Below are positions 40,651-52,549 of a DNA stretch of 64,000 nucleotides, in pieces (position 1 is the stretch's first letter; each line of letters starts with the position of its first letter). Under the pieces are notes generated by a model. That model was not told the DNA's origin, made no database searches, and worked only from the letters and a program-made list of their open reading frames with translations. Where the stretch lies: the NCBI GenBank assembly GCA_963785725.1, contig CAWAWS010000015.1:320001-384000 (forward strand). Reading direction: 5' to 3'. Source of the stretch: an uncultured delta proteobacterium. Its GTDB lineage: Bacteria > Myxococcota_A > Polyangia > Palsa-1104. The position numbers and the translations under genes are program-made.

Positions 40651-40871
40651 CGTCGCAGTCGTTCGTGCGTTGGTCGGGCCGATTGAGCGCCGGCGACGCG
40701 ATTCCCGCAGCTTCCCGTCGTCAGCGCCCACTCGAATTCGATTGTCGCGTCCGCACGCCGCTCACGATCGCAGCCAGCCCGCCTCGAATATCGCCACTGC
40801 CACTGCGAGCAGATCAGGCCCGACAGCGAGATCGGTGCGGCCGAATTCGGACGGATGCGCCGGGCGGAGGC

Positions 40872-41978
40872 TCAGTGCAGATGCAGGATCGTGCCGGCTT
40901 CGCCGACGAGGTAGACGTTCCGAGCGTCGCTGCCCCAGATGGCGTGCCAGTCGACCGTCGCCGGCAACGTGACGGGCGCGAACGTGTTGCCGTCGCTCGC
41001 GTGCAAGAGCTGCGAGCCCGCGACGTAGATGTCGGTGGCGCTCGAGCCCCAGACGGCGTTGGCGTCGTCGAGATCGGGGAGGGTGGCCGGCGCGAACGTC
41101 TGGCCGCCGTCGCTCGAGCGCAACAGTCGCCCGAACGTGCGCGGCACGTCGCTGGCGTTGGCGACGGCGTAGACGTTGGCGTCGCCCGCGCCCCAGGCGG
41201 CCTCGACGCAGCCCGACTGGCTGCCGCCGGCGGCGCTGAAGCTCGTCGTCCAGCTGCTGCCGCTGTCGCTCGACCGGCGGATCTCGAAGCTGCGCACGCC
41301 GCCCAACGCCAACAGCGCGCCGTCAGCGCCGACGAAGACGCCGTGCATCGCCGGCAGCGACGACACCGCCAGCAGCGTCGACGTCGCGAAGTCGTCGGTC
41401 GAGGCCAAGACGCCGCCGTAGACCGCGAGGTATAGCGTGCCGTCGGCGCCGCGCGCGAAGTTGTAAGCGGCCGTCGTCAGCTCGGTGCGCGTCCAGGTCG
41501 CGCCGTCGTCGGCCGAGCGCAAGAGCACGCCGCCGTCGCACAAGCCGCTGTCGCAGCGCAGTCCGGCGACCAAGAGCTGGCCGTCGGCGCCGATCACTGT
41601 CGTGTATTGATCGCTGTCGCCGCTGCGAACGATCGTCCAGCTGCCGTCGCCGCCCGACCGCAAGATCGAGTGCGTGCCGACGACCCAGGTCGCGCCGTGG
41701 CCGTCGCCCCATATGGCCGTGAGCGCGTCGGTCGTGCCGCTGACCTCGCTGTTCCATTGCGGGTCCACTTGCGTTCCGGTCGATGGCGCCGCCGTGCCTC
41801 CATCGCCGTTCGCGCCCGCTGGCGCTGCCGTTCCCGGCGTGACGGCAACAGGCGTCGCCGCGGTGCCATTGGCGGTTGCGGCGGCGGCCGGCGCGACCGT
41901 TGTCGATCCGGCGCCGGTGCAGCCGAGTGTGCAGAAACCGCAGGAGAGGACAATCCAAGAAGTGAACATTTTGCGCAT
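40872..41978 (-). CDS. Secreted beta-propeller (BNR/YCF48-like, VWGS repeat) lipoprotein
   Basis: Lipobox-like TLGC; SxDxGxTW BNR motifs; VWGSSATDIY repeats. Confidence 0.8.
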   Translation of the reverse strand: MRKMFTSWIVLSCGFCTLGCTGAGSTTVAPAAAATANGTAATPVAVTPGTAAPAGANGDGGTAAPSTGTQVDPQWNSEVSGTTDALTAIWGDGHGATWVVGTHSILRSGGDGSWTIVRSGDSDQYTTVIGADGQLLVAGLRCDSGLCDGGVLLRSADDGATWTRTELTTAAYNFARGADGTLYLAVYGGVLASTDDFATSTLLAVSSLPAMHGVFVGADGALLALGGVRSFEIRRSSDSGSSWTTSFSAAGGSQSGCVEAAWGAGDANVYAVANASDVPRTFGRLLRSSDGGQTFAPATLPDLDDANAVWGSSATDIYVAGSQLLHASDGNTFAPVTLPATVDWHAIWGSDARNVYLVGEAGTILHLH

Positions 41979-41981
41979 TGA

Positions 41982-43043
41982 TTAGCTCCGTCCGTGCACA
42001 ATCTGGCCGGCGCTGCCGACCACATAGATGTCGTTTGCCGACGAACCCCAAACCTTCGTGTAACCGGCGCTGCTGCTCGTCTGGGCCGGCAGCGTGACGG
42101 TCGTCCAGGTCACGCCGGCGTCGCTCGAGTGGACGAGACCGCCGCCCGACGCCAAGACGTCGACGTCGTTCGCGCCCGAGCCCCAGACGCTGACGAGGCC
42201 GCCGACGCCGGCGGGCGGCGTCAGCGTCTGCCAGGTCGCGCCGTCGTCGCTCGAGCGCGAGACGCTGGCCGGCGCGCCGACGGCCCAGATGTCGTTCGCG
42301 CTCGACCCCCAAGCCGCCAAGAGCCCATCGGGATTGCCCGGCACCGCCACGGCATAGTCGGCAAACGCGTCATGCGTCTTGGCGACCGCCTGCCGGTTCA
42401 GCGCGTCGTTGCCGAACGCGAAGACGTCGCCGGCGCTCGCGCCCCAAACCGCCACCGCCTGCAGCTGCGGCAACGCCGTCGTCGTCCAGCTCGCGCCGCG
42501 GTCGGTCGAGTGGTAGAGCGAGCCGTAGTCGGCGATGTAGACGTCGTCGGCGTCCGAGCCCCACACCGTCGCGTCGAAGCTGCCGGTGCGCGTCAGCGTC
42601 CATGTCGCGCCGCCGTCGACGGAGTGCTGCACCGAGCCGGTCCAGCTCGGATTGGCGACGGCGCCGACAACATAGACGTCGCTCGCCGAGGCGCCCCACA
42701 CGTCGTGCAAGTCGTCTTCGCAGCCGCTCGCGATGGCGGTCCAGCTGCCGTCGCCCGTCGAGCGCAGGATCGTGCCGCCGGCACCGACCGCGTAGACATC
42801 GTTCGCGCTCGATCCCCACACGCTCGTGAGCGCGGCATTGCCGGCCGCTTCGACGGACCAAACGAGCCCGCCCGAAGTCGTCGTCGTTGGAGCTGCCGTT
42901 GGCGCCGAGCCGCTCGTCGTTGCGGCGGTAGCGGTGGAGCTGGGTGCGAACGTCGTCGGCGTGGCCGTCGTGACAGTCGTCGACGGTGCAACGCCTCCAC
43001 AACCGACGACCGCCAGGCTCAAGAGCAAGCGACAACTGCGCAT
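41982..43043 (-). CDS. Secreted beta-propeller (BNR/YCF48-like, VWGS repeat) lipoprotein, paralog
   Basis: Lipobox VVGC; about 7 repeats of VWGSSANDVYAVG with SxDxGATW. Confidence 0.82.
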   Translation of the reverse strand: MRSCRLLLSLAVVGCGGVAPSTTVTTATPTTFAPSSTATAATTSGSAPTAAPTTTTSGGLVWSVEAAGNAALTSVWGSSANDVYAVGAGGTILRSTGDGSWTAIASGCEDDLHDVWGASASDVYVVGAVANPSWTGSVQHSVDGGATWTLTRTGSFDATVWGSDADDVYIADYGSLYHSTDRGASWTTTALPQLQAVAVWGASAGDVFAFGNDALNRQAVAKTHDAFADYAVAVPGNPDGLLAAWGSSANDIWAVGAPASVSRSSDDGATWQTLTPPAGVGGLVSVWGSGANDVDVLASGGGLVHSSDAGVTWTTVTLPAQTSSSAGYTKVWGSSANDIYVVGSAGQIVHGRS

Positions 43044-43056
43044 GGCCTGTACGCTG

Positions 43057-43072
43057 AGCAAACGACGTGCCG
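43057..43072 (-). promoter_or_regulatory. Putative sigma-54 promoter
   Basis: Minus strand CGGCACGTCGTTTGCT, near-consensus TGGCACG-N4-TTGC, 13 bp before ATG 43043. Confidence 0.7.
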
Positions 43073-43140
43073 CTCAGCTGAGCCCGCGAAACGAATCAGT
43101 TGTCGCGACACCCGTTGCCGATCGGCTTATACTGCCGCCC

Positions 43141-44112
43141 GTGTCGAACCGAACCCTGTCCGAAAAGCTGCGCGCTGTTTCCACGGTCATCAAGAACCGA
43201 GCGTTCGATGATCCTTTGAACATCACGCTCGAATTGACCCGTCGCTGCAACGCCAAGTGCGACTACTGCAATCACTGGCAGGAGCAGCGGCAGACCGAGC
43301 AGGACATCGCCGATTACGTGGCGGTCGTGCGTCGCTTCCGGCCGTTCTCGGTCACGATCTGCGGCGGCGAGCCGTTCATGCGCAAAGACGCGCTCGAGAT
43401 CATTCGCCGCGTCGTCGACGAGCCCGGCTGGCGCTACGTCTCGATCATCACCAACGGCTGGTTCTTGAGCGAGGATCGCGCCCAAAAGCTGCTCGACACC
43501 GGCATCGATCAGATCAACGTCTCGCTCAACTATCCCGACGAGCGCCAGGACACCGATCGCAAGTTGCCCGGTCTATTCAAGAAGATCTCGCACATCGTCC
43601 CGTGGATGGCGGCGCGCGGCGGCAACATTCAGCTCAACTCGATCATCATGAACGACAACCTCGACGACGTCGTTCCCATCGCGCAGCTCGCGCACAAATG
43701 GGGCGCGTCGGTGATGTACACGCTCTATTCGGAGCTTCCGGCGGACAATCACGGACATCTGTTTCCACTCGAGCGGCAAGCGCGGCTCTTCGAAGTCCTC
43801 GATGAGCTCACCCGGCTCAAGAAGGTCATGCCCGGTGTCGTCGCCAACACGCAGTGGTACTTCGACATGATCCCGACTTACGTCAGCGGGACGGTCATCG
43901 AAGGCTGCACCGCCGGCAAGAAGACGCTGCACATCTCGCCCGGCGGCATGGTGCGTCCGTGCGCCGAGCTGGCCCCGGTCTCGCACTACACCGAGTATGA
44001 CCACCGCGCGATCGCGCCGGTCACGTGCACGCGCTGCTTCCAGGCCTGCCGCGGCGAAGTGCAGGCGCCGCTGTCCATCTCCCGCGTCGCCGAAATCCTC
44101 CGCACGGCTTGA
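43141..44112 (+). CDS. Radical SAM protein with SPASM/twitch-like C-terminus
   Basis: CNAKCDYC, GGEPF, ITNG, CTAG..HISPGGMVRPC, CTRCFQAC. Confidence 0.9.
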   Translation: MSNRTLSEKLRAVSTVIKNRAFDDPLNITLELTRRCNAKCDYCNHWQEQRQTEQDIADYVAVVRRFRPFSVTICGGEPFMRKDALEIIRRVVDEPGWRYVSIITNGWFLSEDRAQKLLDTGIDQINVSLNYPDERQDTDRKLPGLFKKISHIVPWMAARGGNIQLNSIIMNDNLDDVVPIAQLAHKWGASVMYTLYSELPADNHGHLFPLERQARLFEVLDELTRLKKVMPGVVANTQWYFDMIPTYVSGTVIEGCTAGKKTLHISPGGMVRPCAELAPVSHYTEYDHRAIAPVTCTRCFQACRGEVQAPLSISRVAEILRTA

Positions 44113-44137
44113 AAACCGCCGCGAGCGGCCCAATCGC

Positions 44138-44208
44138 CGCGTTGTCGCTGCGGTCAGATGCTCACGGGCGCAGAGCCCGCTCCGCTTCGGTCGTCGCTCC
44201 GCCTTGCT
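44138..44208. repeat. REP/MITE-like palindromic intergenic element
   Basis: GCGTTG...GCTCACGGGC-GCAGA-GCCCGCTCCG...CGCCTTGC with internal GGGC/GCCC stem, between convergent genes. Confidence 0.35.
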
Positions 44209-44332
44209 CATCGTCTCGCCTGCTCAGTCGTTCGCCTTCTCCCGCGTATTCGCAACTCCCGTCGCTCGTCGCCTCGACCGCACGCGAACGTTACGGCGCG
44301 CCGGCTGCGCGCAACCGACCGCGCGTGAACGT

Positions 44333-44998
44333 CTACGGCGCGACGGGGTTGCGCGCGCCGAAGAGCGCGCTGCCGACGCGCACGATCGTCGCCCCCGCCG
44401 CGATCGCCGCGGCGAAATCGGCGCTCATGCCCATCGACAGCGTGCCCAGCTTCTCGGCCGCGGCCAACTGCGCCAAATTTTCAAAGAACGGTCGCGGCGG
44501 CGCGTCGTCGGGCGGAATGCACATCAGCCCTTCACAGCGCACCGACGGGCGCGACGCAAACGCTTGCACCAACGCGTGCACGTCGCCGACGGGACAGCCG
44601 CTCTTTTGCGCCTCGCCGCCGATGTTGACCTGCACCAAGCAGCGCTGCACGACGCCCAGCTTGTCCGCGCGCTCCGCGATCTCGTCGAGCAGCGGTAGCG
44701 AATCTACCGAATGGATCAGCTCGGCCACGCCGACGACGTACTTCACCTTGTTCCGCTGCAGCGGGCCGATGAAGTGCCAACGCGCGCCCTCGACCACGCG
44801 CGCCTTGTCGCGTAGCTCCTGCGCATAGTTCTCGCCGAACAACGTGTGCCCGGCGACAGCGATCGCCTCGCGCACGCGTTCGGCCGGCACGGTCTTCGAG
44901 ACCGCCAGCAACGTCACGGTTTCGGGCGCACGTCCGGCGGCGCGCGCTGCCTTTGCGAGCTCCTCACCAACATTGAAAAACTTATCGGCGAGGCTCAT
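44333..44998 (-). CDS. yggS: PLP homeostasis protein YggS
   Basis: LLAVSKT, FGENYAQE, WHFIGPLQRNK, QVNIGGEAQKSG, GLMCIPP, LSMGMSAD, VRVGSALFG. Confidence 0.96.
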   Translation of the reverse strand: MSLADKFFNVGEELAKAARAAGRAPETVTLLAVSKTVPAERVREAIAVAGHTLFGENYAQELRDKARVVEGARWHFIGPLQRNKVKYVVGVAELIHSVDSLPLLDEIAERADKLGVVQRCLVQVNIGGEAQKSGCPVGDVHALVQAFASRPSVRCEGLMCIPPDDAPPRPFFENLAQLAAAEKLGTLSMGMSADFAAAIAAGATIVRVGSALFGARNPVAP

Positions 44999-45652
44999 CA
45001 GAAGTTGCGTGGTCCGAGTAACTTTTTTTCGAAACGTTCGGCGCCGAGCGCCCAATCCGACGGTAAGGCCTCGAGCGCGTACAAGTCTTCGAGCACTTCG
45101 CACAGCGGCAGGCCGACGATGTTCGTATACGAGCCGTGCACGGCGCGCACGAACGCGGCTGCCAGACCTTGCACCGCGTAGCCGCCGGCTTTGTCTTCCC
45201 ATTCGCGCGAGCCGATGTAGCCTTCGAGCTCGGCCGGCGACAGCGCGCGAAACGTGACCGTCGTGCGTACCGCGCGACCGCGTTCGCTACCTTTATATAG
45301 CAGCGTATAGGCGGTCACGACCTCGTGCGTGCGACCGCTCAGCCGACCGAGCATCACGCGCGCCACCTCCGCCGACGCCGGCTTGCCGAGGATGCGCGGC
45401 TCGCCGTCGGGCAAATGCACGATCGTGTCGGCGCCCAGAGATCGGCCGCTCGGGCTCGACGCCGCTGGCCACGGCGCGCGCCTTCTCCGACGACAAACGG
45501 CGCGCATAATCGATGGCGTCCTCGTCGCTGCGCGGCGTCTCGTCGATATCGGCCGGGCGCACTTCGGGATCGAGGCCGGCCTTTTGCAACAGCTCGAGCC
45601 GGCGCGGCGAGGCCGACGCCAAGAGCAACCGCGGAATCAGCGTGATCGACAT
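44998..45652 (-). CDS. maf: Maf nucleotide pyrophosphatase (apparent frameshift near 45440)
   Basis: [52 protein letters not shown]. Confidence 0.93.
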
Positions 45653-45706
45653 TTTTTTCGTTCTACCACGCAACTTCTCGCGCCCCGAACCGATAAGCTT
45701 TGCCTG

Positions 45707-47860
45707 TTGGCGGCGATCTCTTCACCGGAGCTGCTCGAAGGCAACGTGCTGCGGGTCGTGTTCACGACGCCCGACGGCTCGTTCGCGGTCTTGCGCGTGC
45801 AGGTCGAAGGTCGCGACGAGCCGGTGAGCGTCGTCGGTCCGCTGGCCGATTCGACAGCCGGCGAGCACTTGAAGATGGAGGGCCACTGGGAACGACACGC
45901 GACGCACGGCGAGCAGTTCCGCGCCACCCGCGCCGTCGTCGAAATTCCGCGCACCTCCGACGGCGTCGCCCGTTATTTGGAGGGCATCAAGGGCATCGGT
46001 CCGATGTTGGCCGAGCGCCTCGTGGCGTCGTTCGGCGTCGAGGCGATCGAGGTCGTCGAGAAGGAGCCGTGGCGGGCGGCGCAGGTGCGCGGCGTCGGTA
46101 AACGGCGCGCCGATCGCGCGGCGCGCGACGCGGCCACGAAGCGGCAAGAGCGCGAGGTGATGGTGTTCTTGCAAGGCCTCGGCGTGTCGCTGGCGTACGC
46201 GGCCCGCATTCGCAAGGCTTACGGCGACAACGCGGTGGCGCGGGTGCAGGAGAATCCCTATCGACTGGCGCGCGATGTCGCGGGCATCGGCTTCGTCGTC
46301 GCCGATCGGATCGCGCAAGGGATGGGCGTTAGTCGCGACTCGCCGTTGCGGCTGCAAGCAGGCGTCTTGCACGTGCTCGATTCGCTCAGCGACGAAGGCC
46401 ATGTCTATTTCCCGGCAGCGGAGCTGACCGCGCGCGCGGCTGAAGCGCTGTCGATCGATGCCGCCCGCGCGACCGACGCGCTCGAGGGCCTGGCGCGCGA
46501 AGGGGCCGTCGTCATCGAAGGCGAAGCGGTGTTTCCGCCGCGGCTGCATCGCGCGGAGCTCGAGCTGGCGCGGCGCCTCGGCGAGCTGTTGAACGCCGAC
46601 CGCGAGCCGGCGCCGGCGCTCGTCGGCGGCGAGAAGCTGTCCGACGGGCAGCGGCGCGCGATCGGGCTGTGCGGCGAGGGCGGCGTCGCGGTCATCACCG
46701 GCGGTCCGGGCACCGGCAAGACGACGGTGGTGCGCGCGCTCGTGCAGAGCTGGGAGCAGGCGCGACGACGGGTGATGCTGGCGGCGCCGACGGGACGCGC
46801 GGCCAAGCGGCTGGCGGAAGCGACGGGGCGGCCGGCGCAGACGGTGCATCGGCTGCTCGAGTGGGGACGGCCGCAGCGCGACAGCGAAGGCGGCGTGCGT
46901 AAGGGCCCGTTCGGCCGCAGCGACGACAATCCGCTGGCGACCGATCTGCTCGTCGTCGATGAAGCGTCGATGCTCGATTTGTCGTTGGCGCGTGGCCTCG
47001 TGGCCGCGATCTCGCCGGGCACGACGCTGGTGCTGGTCGGCGACGTCGATCAGCTGCCGTCGGTCGGTCCGGGCCAGGTGCTGCGCGACGTGATCGAGTC
47101 GGGGCGCGTGCCGGTGGCGCGGCTGACCGAGGTGTTTCGTCAGGCGGAGGGCTCGGGAATCGTCGAGAACGCCTATCGAATTCTCGCGGGCGAGATGCCG
47201 ATCGGCTCGAAGGAGGCGACGGGCGACTTCTTCGTCATCACCGCCGACGAGCCCGAGCGGGCGCGCGACATGGTGGTCAAGCTGTGTCGCGAGCGGATTC
47301 CGTCGGCGTTCGGGCTCGATCCGCTGCGCGACGTGCAGGTGTTGGCGCCGATGCATCGTGGCGCGGCCGGGACCGAAGGGCTCAATCGCGCGCTGCAGGA
47401 GGCGCTGAATCCGGCGGGCGAAGCGGTGGCGCTGCCGGGACGCACGCTGCGCGTCGGTGACAAGGTCATGCAAGTGCGTAACGACTACGAGCGCGACGTG
47501 TTCAACGGCGACGTCGGCGTCATCGCGGCCGCGCGTCGCGACGATGAGGACGAAGCGGTGGTGGAGGTCGACTTCGACGGGCGGCGCGTGCGTTACGAAT
47601 CGGAGGCGCTGGGCGAGCTCGAGCTGGCGTATGCGGTGAGCGTGCACAAGAGCCAGGGCTCGGAATATCCAGCCGTGGTGGTGCCGTTGGTGATGCAGCA
47701 CTACATGTTGCTGCAGCGGAACCTCTTGTATACGGCGGTGACGCGCGGCAAGCGCCTCGTGGTGCTGGTCGGATCGGAGCGCGCGATTCGGCGGGCGGTG
47801 ACCGAAGCCGACGCATCGGCGCGTCATACCGGCTTGCGCGCGCGCTTGCAGGCTCTTTGA
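45707..47860 (+). CDS. recD2: ATP-dependent RecD-like DNA helicase
   Basis: [79 protein letters not shown] start assumed. Confidence 0.95.
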   Translation: MAAISSPELLEGNVLRVVFTTPDGSFAVLRVQVEGRDEPVSVVGPLADSTAGEHLKMEGHWERHATHGEQFRATRAVVEIPRTSDGVARYLEGIKGIGPMLAERLVASFGVEAIEVVEKEPWRAAQVRGVGKRRADRAARDAATKRQEREVMVFLQGLGVSLAYAARIRKAYGDNAVARVQENPYRLARDVAGIGFVVADRIAQGMGVSRDSPLRLQAGVLHVLDSLSDEGHVYFPAAELTARAAEALSIDAARATDALEGLAREGAVVIEGEAVFPPRLHRAELELARRLGELLNADREPAPALVGGEKLSDGQRRAIGLCGEGGVAVITGGPGTGKTTVVRALVQSWEQARRRVMLAAPTGRAAKRLAEATGRPAQTVHRLLEWGRPQRDSEGGVRKGPFGRSDDNPLATDLLVVDEASMLDLSLARGLVAAISPGTTLVLVGDVDQLPSVGPGQVLRDVIESGRVPVARLTEVFRQAEGSGIVENAYRILAGEMPIGSKEATGDFFVITADEPERARDMVVKLCRERIPSAFGLDPLRDVQVLAPMHRGAAGTEGLNRALQEALNPAGEAVALPGRTLRVGDKVMQVRNDYERDVFNGDVGVIAAARRDDEDEAVVEVDFDGRRVRYESEALGELELAYAVSVHKSQGSEYPAVVVPLVMQHYMLLQRNLLYTAVTRGKRLVVLVGSERAIRRAVTEADASARHTGLRARLQAL

Positions 47861-47867
47861 TAAGCTG

Positions 47868-49094
47868 ATGTGGATGAGGTGCGCGCTGTGGCTGACGTTG
47901 CTAATCGCCGGTTGTGGCAGCGGCGGCGAAACGTCTGACGCGGGCCAGTCGTCGGACATGAACATCGGCGACGTGGGCGCGGCCTTCGATGGGCCGGGGC
48001 CGCTGCGCGCGACGTTCACGGTGGTCGGCTGCGCCACGCTCGATACGTCGACGGGCGAGCCGCGCTGCAGCGGGCGGGCGCCGTTGGCGTTGACCTTCGT
48101 GCCGCTGGGCGCGGGGTTGAGCGCGTACGTGTGGACGTTCATGGGCGCGACGCCGGCCACGTCGAAGCAGATGTCGCCGTCGGTCACGTTCGCGACGCCG
48201 GGCACGTACACGGTGACGCTGGCGGCCGGCGGCGCGGCCGGCGCGACGACGGCGATGGGCACCGTCGTCGTCTCGGCGGGAACGACGGGCTCGCCGTGCC
48301 TGGCCGACACCGACTGCGACGCGGGCGCGGGGCTGTTTTGCGTCTGCACGCCGGGCCAGGCGGGCTGCGTCGGCGCGCTGGCGATCGGCTTCTGCTCGCG
48401 CGACTGCTCGGGCGCGCTCTGCGACGCCGGCCAAATCTGCGCCGACTTCACGCGCGGCGGAGCGTTCGTGCCCGCCAGCGTCGACGGTGGCGGCAGCGAC
48501 GTCGACGGCGGCACGGCGGCGTCGAGCGAGGTCTGGCGGCGCGCGCTGTGCGTCCCGAGCTGCACCGCCGACAGCGACTGCTCGAGCGGGCTGTCCTGCC
48601 GATCGTTGCCGGCGCTGGCGAGCGGCGCGGCTGCGGGCGGCAGCTTCAGCTGGCGGCAAGGCTGCTTCGCCGACGTCGACGGCGATGACGGCGACTCCTG
48701 CGTGTCGGTCACCGGCGCGCCCGACGACAGCCGCTGCTTGTCGGGGCGCTGCGATCCCTACGGCGCGCGCGGGCTCTGCACGTCGGAGTGCGCGACGAGC
48801 GCCGACTGCCCGACGACGGCGGCGTGCGCGACCTACGCCGACCCGATCGTGGCGGCCACGAAACAGGCGTGCCTGCGCCGCTGCGATACGACGTTCGCCT
48901 GCAGCGGCGATCCGCTGCTCGACTGCGAGCTGGCGCAGCAGCCGGGAGGGCTCGGCTTCACGACGACGCCGGCGGAAGCGGCGACGACGCGTTACTGCGC
49001 GCCGCTGCGCTGCATGACGACGACGCCCGCGCAGTGCGGACCGTCAGGCACGTGCACCGACGTCGGCAGCAGCTCGTTCTGCCTGCCCAACTAA
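47868..49094 (+). CDS. Cys-rich lipoprotein with PKD domain
   Basis: Lipobox IAGC; YVWTF...PSVTFATPGTYTVTL PKD motif; many C-x-x-D-x-D-C repeats. Confidence 0.85.
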   Translation: MWMRCALWLTLLIAGCGSGGETSDAGQSSDMNIGDVGAAFDGPGPLRATFTVVGCATLDTSTGEPRCSGRAPLALTFVPLGAGLSAYVWTFMGATPATSKQMSPSVTFATPGTYTVTLAAGGAAGATTAMGTVVVSAGTTGSPCLADTDCDAGAGLFCVCTPGQAGCVGALAIGFCSRDCSGALCDAGQICADFTRGGAFVPASVDGGGSDVDGGTAASSEVWRRALCVPSCTADSDCSSGLSCRSLPALASGAAAGGSFSWRQGCFADVDGDDGDSCVSVTGAPDDSRCLSGRCDPYGARGLCTSECATSADCPTTAACATYADPIVAATKQACLRRCDTTFACSGDPLLDCELAQQPGGLGFTTTPAEAATTRYCAPLRCMTTTPAQCGPSGTCTDVGSSSFCLPN

Positions 49095-49251
49095 GCAGCT
49101 CACTTGGCAGTGACCTTGGCTTTAGCGTCGATCTAATCGGATCCAATGGGCGGTTTCCGTTCGCTCCGCGGCGACGCCGTCTGGCTCACGCTCGCTGTAG
49201 CCCAACTGAGTAGCACTTTTGCTGCGGAATGCAGGCGCCCGCAAGCTGCCG

Positions 49252-51717
49252 TCAGCGCGGGCGTGGCGGGAGGATCGGCTCGGGCGGCGTGTACTTCCCG
49301 TCGCCGTCGCGGTCGAGATAGATCGGGTTCGTGATGGCCAGCGGCGTCGGGGGCGACTGCGTGTCGTTCGACGGCACGACCACCCCCAGCGGCGCATCCC
49401 CGCGCACGATGACGACGACATACGAGTCATGATCGACGCGCACATCGATCTCGCCCTTGTAACGCTGCGGCTTCGTCGACGCCGCGATATCGATGGGCTT
49501 ACCGCGGCGCGTCCCGTTGACGAACAGCTCGATGCGCCGCACGTCGATCCACGGCGCCGCCTCGATCTCGACGTCGAGCCGCGCATGGCCGCGCGGCGCC
49601 GGCGCGATCTGACCCATGCCGCGCCCGCCGACGGAGACGCGCACGAAGGGCCCGTTCGTGACCAGCGCCTCGCGCCGCTTGCGCACCGCCGCCACCCACG
49701 ACTCGGCCGTGATGGCGCCGCGATCGTCGGGCGGAATACAGGTGCGCGGGTAGCCGGCCTCCTGTCCGACGATGAGGTGGCTGTCGGAGCCGCCGACCGC
49801 CGTCAACGCGATGCCGTGATCGAGCAGCGCCAGCCAGTCGCGCAGCGGCGGCTCGACCCGCGCCGTATCCTTGCCGCTGAACACCTCCAGCGCATCGAAG
49901 CCGCTCACCTGATCCTTCGCCGCCGGCGCGTGCGGGTCGAAGCTGATGTTCTCGAAGTAGCCGGTGCGACCGCCCGCTCGCGGATGCGCCAGCGTCACGA
50001 CACGCTCGGGCGCGCGCATCATCTGCGCCAGCTCGCCCAGCGTGCGCTTGCCGATCTCGGGCGGCTGCCCGCTGAACGGCACGACCGTGAAGTGACCCAT
50101 CCGCTCCAGCGTCACCTCGTCGCCGCTCAAGAGCTGCAGCGTTCCCGCCGGCTGCAGCGCTTGCAACGTCGCCTGCCAATCGCCCGTCATGACGACGTTG
50201 TGATCGGTCATCGCCAACGCATCGAGCCCTTCGGCCAAGTTGCTCGCCAACCGATCGGCCGGCACCACCGCCGAATCCGACGACGGAAAGGCATGCTGAT
50301 GCGGATCGATGCAGCGCCAACCGAAGGCATCGACGACGCGCTTGATGGCGAAATCCGTGTGGCTGACCTCGCCGGCGGGCACCTCGACGTGCTGCTCGTC
50401 GATGGTGTAGGCCGGCCCGCGCGACGCGATGACGCGGTAGTGACCGGGCGGCAGCGGCAGCTCGCCTTCGCCGCTGGCGCTGACGACGACGTTGCCGCCG
50501 GGCGAGCCGAACGCCGGGCCCAGCCGCGGGTCGACCGTCGGTGGCACGCCGAATACGGTCAGCTTGGCCGGCACCGGCTTGTCGTCTTCGAGCACGCGAA
50601 AGCCGAGCGCGCCGCGCCGCGACATGAGCACGTCGTGATTGGCGCCTGCGATCTCACCGACGGTGACGTCGAGCTTGTCGGGACCGCTGCGGCCGGGACC
50701 TTCGGCGCGCACGCGATAGTCGCCCGGCGGCAACAGCACTTCATAGCCGGTGTCCGTCGAGCGCGTGAGCGCGACCGGGCCGTCGCGGTCGTCGAAGAGC
50801 ACGCGCGCGCCGGGCAACACCGAGCCCGTCGTGTCTTCGAGGATGCGTCCGGTCAGGCGCGACCAGCGATCTTTGCGTAGGTCGGCGATCATCTCGTAGC
50901 GGCTGGCGTCGGTGGGCGCGGCGACGACGAACCAGCGCGTCATGCCGACGGTGGCGCCGGCCGGCAGGGCGACGATGTGGACGTTGAAGTCGCTCCAGGC
51001 CCAGCCGTGCCGCCCGTCGAGCGCGCCTTCGCTGATGACATAGGCGTAAGCGGCGCCGTCACCGATGGCCTCGACCCAGCCGTCGTCGACCGCGAAGTGG
51101 CCGTCGGCGTCGAAGCCGCGACCGGGGATGAAGCGTTCGGCGCGACCCCATTCGACGGCGTCGCCGATGGCGAGCTTCGACAGATCGGTCGCGCCGCCGT
51201 TCTTGATCGCGGTCGTCATGGTGACGGCGTCGGAGCCAGGCGCCAGCGAGTAGCGCGTCTCGACGGCGAGCTGCGGATCGTCGGAGTCGACGCCGGTGAC
51301 GCGAATGACGGCGGTGCCGCGCTCGCTGACGATGTCGGCGTGTTGATAGATCGGCTGGCGCGGGAAGGCGTCGCCGAAGTAGCCGTAGAGCTGCTTGAGC
51401 TCGTCGGCGCCGCCGATGGGCGCGGCGTCGATGATGTTGCCGCCCGACGCGCCGAAGCCGAGCTTGTGGCGCGGCGCCGAGATGATGACGGCGATGCGGT
51501 CGTTTTCGAGCCGATAGTCGCCGATTTCGCCGTCGGCGGCGCGGCCGGTCAGCAGATCGCCGGCGTTGGCGACGACGAACGCGTGCGCCGGCTTGCCCGC
51601 GTGCGCCGTCGGATCGTCCGACATCACCGACGAGCCGGTCTCCGGATGCGGCAGGTCGAGCCGCGGCCCGAGGCAGCCCGCGGCCAGCGCCGCGACGACG
51701 ACGAGGGGCCTCTTCAC
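49252..51717 (-). CDS. CehA/McbA-like PHP-family metallohydrolase lipoprotein
   Basis: Lipobox AAGC; DPHQH, MTDHN, LAHPR, GGSDSH, GYPRT, VTNGP, AITNPIYLD. Confidence 0.85.
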   Translation of the reverse strand: MKRPLVVVAALAAGCLGPRLDLPHPETGSSVMSDDPTAHAGKPAHAFVVANAGDLLTGRAADGEIGDYRLENDRIAVIISAPRHKLGFGASGGNIIDAAPIGGADELKQLYGYFGDAFPRQPIYQHADIVSERGTAVIRVTGVDSDDPQLAVETRYSLAPGSDAVTMTTAIKNGGATDLSKLAIGDAVEWGRAERFIPGRGFDADGHFAVDDGWVEAIGDGAAYAYVISEGALDGRHGWAWSDFNVHIVALPAGATVGMTRWFVVAAPTDASRYEMIADLRKDRWSRLTGRILEDTTGSVLPGARVLFDDRDGPVALTRSTDTGYEVLLPPGDYRVRAEGPGRSGPDKLDVTVGEIAGANHDVLMSRRGALGFRVLEDDKPVPAKLTVFGVPPTVDPRLGPAFGSPGGNVVVSASGEGELPLPPGHYRVIASRGPAYTIDEQHVEVPAGEVSHTDFAIKRVVDAFGWRCIDPHQHAFPSSDSAVVPADRLASNLAEGLDALAMTDHNVVMTGDWQATLQALQPAGTLQLLSGDEVTLERMGHFTVVPFSGQPPEIGKRTLGELAQMMRAPERVVTLAHPRAGGRTGYFENISFDPHAPAAKDQVSGFDALEVFSGKDTARVEPPLRDWLALLDHGIALTAVGGSDSHLIVGQEAGYPRTCIPPDDRGAITAESWVAAVRKRREALVTNGPFVRVSVGGRGMGQIAPAPRGHARLDVEIEAAPWIDVRRIELFVNGTRRGKPIDIAASTKPQRYKGEIDVRVDHDSYVVVIVRGDAPLGVVVPSNDTQSPPTPLAITNPIYLDRDGDGKYTPPEPILPPRPR

Positions 51718-51802
51718 CGGGCGAGCGTAGACCAGCGCCGCCTTGCGTGGCAACGACTCGCGTGTTACCACGGTTTTGCGTCAACTACGCGGAAGGTGCC
51801 GC

Positions 51803-52548
<746 letters not shown>

Positions 52549-52549
<1 letters not shown>

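Noticed and set aside
40691..40704. 14-bp match CGGCGACGCGATTC to the reverse complement of 21118-21131
   Set aside because: A single short GC-rich match; chance cannot be excluded
45722..48712. 996-aa minus-strand ORF and other long antisense ORFs (e.g. 29133-31292, 32967-35006)
   Set aside because: Shadow ORFs opposite well-supported genes, expected in high-GC DNA
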